A stretch of 64,000 nucleotides of DNA from Leucoraja erinacea (taxonomy: Eukaryota), in contig NC_073412.1 in NCBI RefSeq assembly GCF_028641065.1, positions 1,674,001 to 1,738,000 on the forward strand, given 5' to 3'. Position numbers and translations under genes: made by a program. A model generated the notes under the pieces. It was not told where the DNA came from, searched no databases, and saw only the letters and a list, made by a program, of their open reading frames with translations. Below, piece by piece: positions 56,291-64,000 of this stretch (positions are counted from its first letter, which is position 1; each line of letters starts with the position of its first letter).

Positions 56291-56709
56291 CCGCTCTTTT
56301 GTCTCCATTAACGTTGAAAATGCTCCAGAAAAAAAAACTGGGAAGAGCTGGAGGGAGGGAGGGCTGACGGAAACGGTGGGGCATAAAGAGGAAGTCTGGT
56401 GGATCCAAGCTGAGGATATTTTTGCAATTGAGCTTAAAATGAAATTGCATGTTAAAGGAATATCAGCTTTGAATCAGTGAGCACCGGCAGTCAGTACAAC
56501 CCCTTTTATTTTTTTCTTTAGTTATAACACATTTGACTCTATTGACTAGTTCACGGTTCCTTTGTGTAGGAAGAAGCTGCTTTAAACAGTGGACACAAAA
56601 CGCTGGAGTAACTCAGCGGGACAGACAACATCTCTGGAGAGAAGGTCTACTTACTGTAGGTAATGTTTTGGGGTCGAAACTCTTCCTCGTTTTAATAACT
56701 GTCTTGTTG

Positions 56710-57075
56710 CAAGGGGTTGGACAGGCTAGATGCAGGAAGATTGTTCCCAATGTTGGGGAAGTCCAGAACAAGGGCTCACAGTTTAAGGATAAGGGGGAAG
56801 TCTTTTAGGACCGAGATGAGAAAAACATTTTTCACACAGTGAGTGGTGAATCTGTGGAATTCTCTGCCACAGAAGGTAGTTGAGGCCACACAGTTCATTG
56901 GCTATATTTAAGAGGGAGTTAGATGTGGCCCTTGTGTCTAAAGGGATCAGGGGGGTATGGAGAGAAGGCAGGTACAGGATACTGAGTTGGATGATCAGCC
57001 ATGATCATATTGAATGGCGGTGCAGGCTCGAAGGGCCGAATGGCCTCTACTCTTGCACCTATTTTCTATGTTTCT
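56710..57075 (+). mobile_element. Young CR1-type LINE 3' fragment
   Basis: Same subfamily as 50003-50560, in the opposite orientation. Confidence 0.9.
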
Positions 57076-57318
57076 TGGGGGATTGTTTCAGGAGCTACTA
57101 AAGAACGGTTCTGTGTGCCAGCAGAACTATTTCACCCCCAACTGTATCGGTCTGTAACGAGTTTGTAGGAGTTTGTAGCGATATCGTAATGGCTCGTAAT
57201 GCTGGCCGTAGGTACTCGTGGCATCAGGTAAGTCGGGACATTTTTTCCAGCCCAATAAAAAATGTCCACGAAGAAAAAAATGGTCGGGATGAAAGAAATT
57301 GCAACTTTTTACTCGTAA

Positions 57319-57621
57319 TGGCCCTGTCCCACTGTACAAGTTAATTCCAAGAGTCTCCTGAGTTTAAAAAAAATCAAATTCGTGGTAAGCACGTAGAATG
57401 TACGTAGCGGGTACGTCGGAGCTCGGGGATGTCTCTTAGCGGCTCGTAACGCTAACGGCAGGTACTCAGGTAAGCTCGGGAAGACTCGTGAAGATTTTTC
57501 AACATGTTGAAAAATGTCCACGAGAGCCCCGAGTACCGATTACTGTAAATCTCCGAGTTCGAATCAGGGGCAAACTCGGGAGAACTCTTGGAAATGAACT
57601 CGTACAGTGGGGGCAGGGTTA
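57319..57621. mobile_element. PIF/Harbinger-like MITE with TAA target-site duplication, nested in a related element (about 57130-57700)
   Basis: TIRs of about 36 bp (CCCTGTCCCACTGTACAAGTTAATTCCAAGAG and its imperfect reverse complement). TAA at 57316-57318 and 57622-57624. Confidence 0.75.
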
Positions 57622-57763
57622 TAAGGAGGGCATCGAAATAGTTGTGGGAATTCGTAGACGTACTTGTAGGAGTTCGTAGATTACCACGTTCTTGATTTTT
57701 TTAGGTCCTTTAAACTAGGCAGAGGTTTTGAATTAAGGTGAGAGAGGGAACCTGAGGGGCAAC

Positions 57764-57971
57764 TGGAGTAGTGATGAAGATGTGGGGCCTTGTGGACAGC
57801 GAGCATCTCCTGCGGGTGTGGGGACCCAACACAGACAGTGGAGCACATAGTCACCAGTTGCCCCAAACACCGGTTGGCCACCCAATGGTGAACGAGGTCT
57901 GATTGATCTGAACGTTGGCCTGGCTCGCCTCAACGGAGCTGCAGGTCTAAAAGACACACGACAGAAGAAGA
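57764..57971 (+). mobile_element. Ingi/Vingi-like non-LTR retrotransposon 3' fragment
   Basis: CCHC knuckle CGCGDPTQTVEHIVTSCPKHR from 57811, short 3' UTR, (GAA)n tail. 9-bp TSD AGGGGCAAC at 57755-57763 / 57972-57980, inside a CR1 remnant. Confidence 0.65.
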
Positions 57972-58120
57972 AGGGGCAACCTTTCTTGTGCTAAGGGGGT
58001 GGGCGTTTGGAATGAGGGGGCAGTTGTGGCAGGAACTATCACAATGATTAAAAAAAACATTGGGGCCGGAACATGGATCGGAAAGCTTTAGAAAGGTACT
58101 AGATGGGCTAAATGCAGGCA

Positions 58121-59006
58121 GGTGGGACTAGTGTAGATGGGGCATGTTGGTCGGGGTGGGACTAGTGTAGATGTGGCAGGGTGCTCGGAGTGGAACTAGT
58201 GAAGGACGGGCATGTTGGTCGGGGTGGGACTAGTGTAGATGGGTTATGTTGGTCGGGGTGGGACTAGTGTAGATGGGGCATTGTTGGTTGGGGTGGGACT
58301 AGTGTAGATGGGGCATGTTGGTCGGGGTGGGACTAGTGTAGACGGGGCATGTTGGTCGGGGTGGGACTAGTGTAGACGGGGCATGTTGGTCGGGGTGGGA
58401 CTAGTGTAGATGGGGCATGTTGGTCGGGGTGGGACTAGTGTAGACGGGGCATGTTGGTCGGGGTGGGACTAGTGTAGATGGGGCATGTTGGTCGGGGTGG
58501 GACTAGTGTAGATGGGGCATGTTGGTTGGGGTGGGACTAGTGTAGACGGGGCATGTTGGTCGGGGTGGGACTAGTGTAGACGGGGCATGTTGGTCGGGGT
58601 GGGACTAGTGTAGACGGGGCATGTTGGTCGGGGTGGGACTAGTGTAGGTGGGGCATGTTGGTTGGGGGTGGGACTAGTGTAGACGGGGCATGTGGGTCGG
58701 GGTGGGACTAGTGTAGACGGGGCATGTTGGTCGGGGTGGGACTAGTGTAGACGGGGCATGTTGGTCGGGGTGGGACTAGTGTAGACGGGGCATGTTGGTC
58801 GGGGTGGGACTAGTGTAGACGGGGCATGTGGGTCGGGGTGGGACTAGTGTAGACGGGGCATGTTGGTCGGGGTGGGACTAGTGTAGACGGGGCATGTTGG
58901 TCGGGGTGGGACTAGTGTAGACGGGGCATGTTGGTCGGGGTGGGACTAGTGTAGACGGGGCACGTTGGTCGGGGTGGGACTAGTGTAGACGGGGCATGTT
59001 GGTCGG
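58121..59006 (-). repeat. 34-bp minisatellite array, about 26 units, reverse complement of the 52958-53736 unit
   Basis: GGGGTGGGACTAGTGTAGA(C/T)GGGGCATGTTGGTC repeated without spacers. Confidence 0.95.
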
Positions 59007-59334
59007 CATGTGCCTTACAGTTCTCCCTGTGACTGCTGGGTTTTATCCGGGTGCTCCGGTTTCCTCCCACATCCCAAAGACCTGTAGGCTAATTGGCCCC
59101 TAGTGTGCAGGGAGTGGTTGAGAAACTGGGATACCACAGAACTAGCATCAATGGATTTGGCGGGCCGAAGGGCCTGTTTCCAAGCTGATCTTTCAATCCA
59201 TCAATTTGCCGTGATGTCTCGTCCACAAGGCACATTAAAGACCAGCAGTGTAATTGGTGTAAAAGTCATTAATTTCCCCCAATATGCAAGCGGGCGTGAG
59301 TGTACGATGCTTGCAAGCAACGAGCTGGTGAGAC

Positions 59335-59390
59335 GGGGGTGGGAGATTGCAACCTTCACGTGGTCCGCCCCTGTTTCGACGAATGCAATC
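59335..59390 (+). ncRNA. Minimal HDV/CPEB3-like self-cleaving ribozyme (predicted)
   Basis: P1 GGGGGUGG/CCGCCCCU, P2 GAUUGCA/UGCAAUC, P3 ACC/GGU, L3 UUCACGU, minimal P4 U-UUCG-A, J4/2 CGAA. Confidence 0.75.
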
Positions 59391-59466
59391 AACCTGGCGT
59401 GCACAATCAAATAGAACAAGTTGTCCTGCAACTTTAGGCTGTGCCCGCCACATGCAAGGAGAAGAC
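59335..59466 (+). mobile_element. Short retroposon headed by an HDV-like ribozyme (copy 1)
   Basis: Perfect 11-bp TSD GCTGGTGAGAC (59324-59334 / 59467-59477), AAG-type tail, homologous to 62510-62644. Confidence 0.8.
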
Positions 59467-59734
59467 GCTGGTGAGACCAGGAAAGCTACCTTCGGCAATC
59501 AGACTTGTGATGAAGTCTTAGCGAGACTTCATCATCCCCTGGCTCTGTGAAAGGAAATTAAAACATGTGCCAGAATTCTTCCCTCTCTATATCATCGTTC
59601 CTCAATTGCGATGTGAATAACAGAGTCTGTATCCAAGGCTGTGACCCCACCCATCAGTCCCCGCCAACTGACCTACTTTACATTCTGGCTCGGAAGAGCA
59701 GCTTTAAAACCTGCATTCTAGGTTCAAATCCTCT

Positions 59735-60180
59735 TAGAAACATAGAGACATAGACAATAAGTGCAGGAGTAGAGGCCATTCAGCCCTTCGAGCCTGCATC
59801 GCCATTCGATATGATCATGGCTGATCATCCAACTCAGTATCCTGTACCTGCCTTCTCTCCATACCCCCTGATCCCTTTAGCCACAAAGGCCACATCTAAA
59901 TCCCTCTTAAATATAGCCAATGAACTGTGTGGCCTCAACTACCCTCTGTGGCAGAGAATTTCACAGATTCACCACTCTCTACGTGAATTTTCTTTTTCTC
60001 ATCTCGGTCCTAAAAGACTTCCTTCCCCTTTATCCTTAAACTGTGTGACCCCTTGTTCTGGACTTCCCCAACATCGAGAACAATCTTCCTGCATCCAGCC
60101 TGTCCAACCCCTTAAGAATTTTGTACGTTTCTATAAGATCGCCCCTCAATCTTCTAAATTCCAGAGAGTACAAGCCGAGT
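59735..60180 (-). mobile_element. Young CR1-type LINE 3' fragment
   Basis: Same subfamily as 50003-50560 and 35726-36116. Confidence 0.9.
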
Positions 60181-61077
60181 CTCTTCCCTCACTGTTCCTC
60201 ATGATCATTTGTGTTTGCACAGTGAACAGGCAGGGCGGGGACTGCAGGCTCTCGTCTCTGAGTGCTATCAGTAAACCAGACAGCTTTCTACACCAATCTG
60301 GTAGTCTTGTAATTATTACCAATGACTATATAAATCGTAGGAGCGGAATTAGGCCATTTGGCCCATCACGGTGGATCTGTGACTCTTCATCAAAACCACA
60401 ACTGGTGCCAGGCTTCATGGCCTTGGTTTTTGATGCCTCAGATACAGTAAAAAAGTTGGAAGATAGACACAAAATGCTGGAGAAACTCAGCAGGTGCAGC
60501 AGCATCTATGGAGCGAAGGAAATAGGCAACGTTTCGGGCTGCAACCTGCTGTTTTAATCAGTATCCAAACTAGCCTGGTCAACATGGAGAGATAAAAATG
60601 CTGGAGTAACTCAGTGGGACTCTGGAGAGAAGGAATGGGTGACGTTTCAGATCGAGACCTTTCTTCGGTTTTCGACCCATTCCTTCTCTCCGGAGATGCT
60701 TCCTGTCCCGCTGAGTTACTCCAGCATTTTGTGTCTATCTTCCAATTTCTTTACTGTATCTGAGGCATCAAAAACCAAGACCATAAAGCTTGGCACCAGT
60801 TGTTGTTTGATGAAGAGTTGACCTCAGTTGTACTTGCTTTCCCTGCCTGGTTTGACAACGTCCTTCTTTCCTACCCGCTGGTCAGCACGGGTTCAGATTA
60901 AGGACGGAAAGTGACCTCATCCTGTTATTTTTAGACCTTGCATCTGGAGGAAAAAAAAGCTGACTGTTTCTTGAGAATCCAATCTTGCCTCTCCCTCCCT
61001 CACATGCTTTCAAAAAGTAATTGCACTGCGGAGTTGTTGGCAGGAGAAGAATATCGTTGCTCTGAAGAAAGTTAGAG

Positions 61078-61856
61078 AGTGGCACAGTGGTGCAGCGGTA
61101 GAGTTGCTGCCTCACAGCACCAGAGACCCAGGTTCGATCCTGACTACGGGTGCTGTCTGTGCAGAGTTTGTGCCTTCTCCTTCTTCTTTCAAAATCTTTT
61201 TATTTGTTTTTTTCAAAAGCAAAATAGCAATGATAAACATAACAGTGATATTGATCCAGAGGGATCAGGGTTACATTAATGGCAGGTAAAACCTAAATAT
61301 GAGCCCAGTGTCAACATACACATTGAATATAGACTTCCTGGTCTCCATGTAAATATAGTTACGTGTTTAAAAGAGCTTATATGTAAAAAACAAAAAGATT
61401 TTTTTTTAAAAAGATCGAAAAAACGAAATAACAAAACACCCCTAAACTAAAGAAGAAGAAGAAAAAAATAAATAAAAACTGAATCTGGACGGCAAAGAGT
61501 TTCAACAATTTAAGTCCTTGTTTGTCATCAAGTCCGTTGCACCGTATACCAGTAAAATAATTATAACAGTTGGAGAGGAGACAGTTCATGTCGTATGAAA
61601 ATGTTGAATAACTCTTCCCCAAGTCCGATCAAATTTAACCAAGGGTTCAACAATGTTTGTGTCTTCTCCCCGTGACCTGCGTGGGTTTTCTCCAAGATCT
61701 TCGGTTTCCTCCCACACTTCAAAGACGTACAGGTTTGTAGGTTAATTGGCTTGGTGTGAATGTAAATTGTCCCCAGTGTGTGTAGGGTAATGTTGGTGTG
61801 TGGGACTCGGTTGGCCGATGAGCATGTTCCCGCACTGTATCTCTAAACTAAACTGA
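61078..61856 (+). mobile_element. tRNA-derived SINE interrupted by an L1/Tx1-like 3' fragment (61181-61654, minus strand)
   Basis: SINE halves rejoin across a 15-bp TSD GTTTGTG(C/T)CTTCTCC (61166-61180 / 61655-61669). The insert reads VKFDRTWGRVIQHF and ends in AATAAA plus an A/G-rich tail. Confidence 0.75.
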
Positions 61857-62509
61857 AGTTGTTTCTTTGCTCTGCCTTTGATACTTCAGTTTGAAGGAAT
61901 CGGATGGAAGGAAGGACAAGGAATTAGTGAGACTGCCTCACCTTTACACCTGCACCTACTGCTGACACTAATTGAACCTTGCGGGCAGTATTGCAGTGAG
62001 TCATGCCCCATACATCCCACAAAGCTTTGCCCACCAGCTGACATCTGTGTGTTATATTGCTCTTAACTCCCTCTAAACGGTGATTATCTGTGTGTGCCTT
62101 GTGCTTAAATACATTTGCACTTTGTCAGGAGTGTCGAGAGAAAAAATACAGCGCAGTATTTGGATAGTGTCATTGGAAACATGAGCCACCAGAATGCACA
62201 CACATAACCTATGTCAAGAGCCAAGAGCTTCTTCAGATCCGATATTGAGGGGCAATCTTTTATCACAAATATTCAGTTTCCCTCCTTTTGATTTTCAAGT
62301 CTTTGGAAGGTTGATTGCTCAGGGTTTAGGGCATAAATAGAGTGGATGTGGAGAGGATGCTTCCACTTGTGGGAGAGTCTAGGACTCAGAATCGATGTGT
62401 CGAAAGGAACTGCAGATGCTGGTTTACACTGAAGAGTAATTCTTCGGAGTCTGCAGAAGTGTCTCGACCTGAACAGGTCACCTATTCCTTCTATCCAGTG
62501 ATGCTGCCT

Positions 62510-62564
62510 GGGGTGGGGAGATTGCAACCTTCATGTGGTCCGCCCTGTTTCGACTAATGCAATC
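62510..62564 (+). ncRNA. Minimal HDV/CPEB3-like self-cleaving ribozyme (predicted)
   Basis: 7-bp P1 GGGGUGG/CCGCCCU with G1-U wobble, P2 GAUUGCA/UGCAAUC, P3 ACC/GGU, L3 UUCAUGU, G-U-UUCG-A, J4/2 CUAA. Confidence 0.75.
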
Positions 62565-62644
62565 AACTCGACGTGCACAAACGGAAGATCAAATAGAACA
62601 AGTTGTCCGACAACTTTAGGCTGTGCACGCCACATGCAAGAAGA
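62510..62644 (+). mobile_element. Short retroposon headed by an HDV-like ribozyme (copy 2), inserted in a Penelope-derived repeat
   Basis: Imperfect TSD AGTGATGCT(GC/TT)CT at 62497-62509 / 62645-62657. AAGAAGA tail. Confidence 0.78.
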
Positions 62645-62824
62645 AGTGATGCTTTCTGATCCGCTGAGTTACTCCAGTATTTTGTGTTGAGTCTCAGAAT
62701 TTCGTTTAGTTATTAGAATGTTGGAACAGACTTGTTGGTCTGAAGGATTTTCTCTCAGTTCTATGTTTCTATATCCTTTCATTGGTGTATATTCACCCAA
62801 GAATAAAGGGCATTCAGGTGTTGT

Positions 62825-62980
62825 CATTTAGCTCTTAGGGCTAATGGAATCGAGGGATATGGGGGAAAAAGCAGGAATGGGGTACTGATTGGGGATGATC
62901 AGCCATGATCACATTGAATGGCGGTGCTGGCTCAAAGGGCCAAATGGCCTCCTCCTGCACCTATTGTCTATGTTTCTATG
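62825..62980 (+). mobile_element. CR1-type LINE 3' UTR fragment
   Basis: GATCAGCCATGATCACATTGAATGGCGGTGCTGGCTCAAAGGGCC family tail. Confidence 0.8.
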
Positions 62981-63127
62981 TCACAAGCTATATTGGACAG
63001 TCTGTTTAGAGACACAGCAGTGAAACAGGCCATTTGGCCCATCAAGTCCATGCTGGCCACTGACCACTAGTGACCACACCAGTTTTAGGTCATCCCATTT
63101 CCTCATCCATTCTCTCCACACTCGCGC

Positions 63128-63330
63128 TGACTACGGGTGCTGTCTGTGCGGAGTTTGCACGTTTGTCTGGGTGCTTCCTCGCACATTCACAAAGATGTGC
63201 GGGTTTGTAGGTTAATTGGCATCTGTGGATTGTCCCTAGTTTGTAGGATAGAACTAGTGTGTGGGGGATTGCCCCTTGGTGCAGACATGGTGGGCCGAAG
63301 GGCCTGTTTCAATGCTGTATCTATAAACTG
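63128..63330 (+). mobile_element. 5'-truncated tRNA-derived SINE
   Basis: CTGACTACGGGTGCTGTCTGTGCGGAGTTTGCACG...GGGCCGAAGGGCCTGTTTC...TATCTATAAACT. Confidence 0.75.
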
Positions 63331-64000
63331 CAGGCTTGGTTACTCTCTCTCCATTCTTTTCTCCCCAATGTGACCCATCTACCAATCAACCCCCCCCCCC
63401 CCCCACCTGGATCTACCTATCATAGGGTCTTACAGCATGGAAACAGGCCCTTTGGCCCAACCTGCCATAGACACAAAATGCTGGAGTAAGTCAACGGGAC
63501 AGGCAGCAACAGTCCAGGGATATGGTGAGACGGCAGGAATGGGGTACTGATTGTAGATGATCTGCCATGATCACAGTGAATGATGGTGCTGCCTCGATGG
63601 GCTGAATGGCCTACTCTTACACCTATTATCTATTGTCTATTGCATCTCTGGAGTGGAGGAGTGGGTGAAGTTTTGGGTCTAGTCCCTTCTTCACTTGCTA
63701 GCAATCCATCATTTTTCTCATTACTGCATTAGCCTGAAGAAGGGTCCTGACCCGAAACGTTGTCTGTCCAATTCCCTCGTTAGAGGGCGTTGGGGTGGTT
63801 TGGAGAGCGTTCAAGTGCGTTAGAGGCCGTTAGGTGGCATGAGTACTGTGGAGGTCATTCCAGGTCCTCCACTGTAAAATATTGCGGGAGGAATCCCTGA
63901 CATGACAGCACATCCAGATGTGAGCCTTCCTACCATTCCATGAGTTCTTGCTCGCAGTTAGTTCTGTATTTAGTTCAGTGTCCGCCTTCATCGCTGACTG

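Noticed and set aside
52958-59006. CRISPR-like appearance of the 34-bp arrays
   Set aside because: Units are head-to-tail with no unique spacers, there are no cas genes, the context is vertebrate, and the unit derives from a LINE tail.
59811-60557. 248-aa plus-strand ORF
   Set aside because: It is an antisense read-through of a CR1 fragment joined to other repeats.

Overview
Vertebrate genomic DNA, very likely from an elasmobranch (skate/ray-like, judged from HE1/V-SINE-like SINEs plus abundant CR1 and Penelope-derived repeats). It carries one complete protein-coding gene, neuroplastin (NPTN), on the minus strand. I reconstructed 8 coding exons (94+348+172+95+134+274+25+61 = 1203 nt, 400 aa, Np65 form) with GT-AG boundaries and consistent phases, plus a non-coding last exon with AATAAA near 3871. 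The CpG-island promoter lies at about 46.6-47.2 kb. The rest is intronic or intergenic DNA dense in retroposons and MITEs, with assembly gaps at 46.1-49.3 kb. The most notable non-genic signal is a ~135-bp retroposon present in two copies (59335, 62510), each with its own target-site duplication. Its first ~55 nt fold into a complete minimal HDV/CPEB3-like ribozyme, and its tail resembles that of a nearby Ingi/Vingi-like LINE fragment. Other notable items are hammerhead-core motifs in Penelope-derived fold-back repeats, an 8-copy array of CTCF-like motifs at the NPTN promoter, two oppositely oriented 34-bp minisatellite arrays, and a candidate divergent non-coding first exon (CD276 by synteny). 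All calls were made by eye; repeat family names rest on motif recognition, not database searches.
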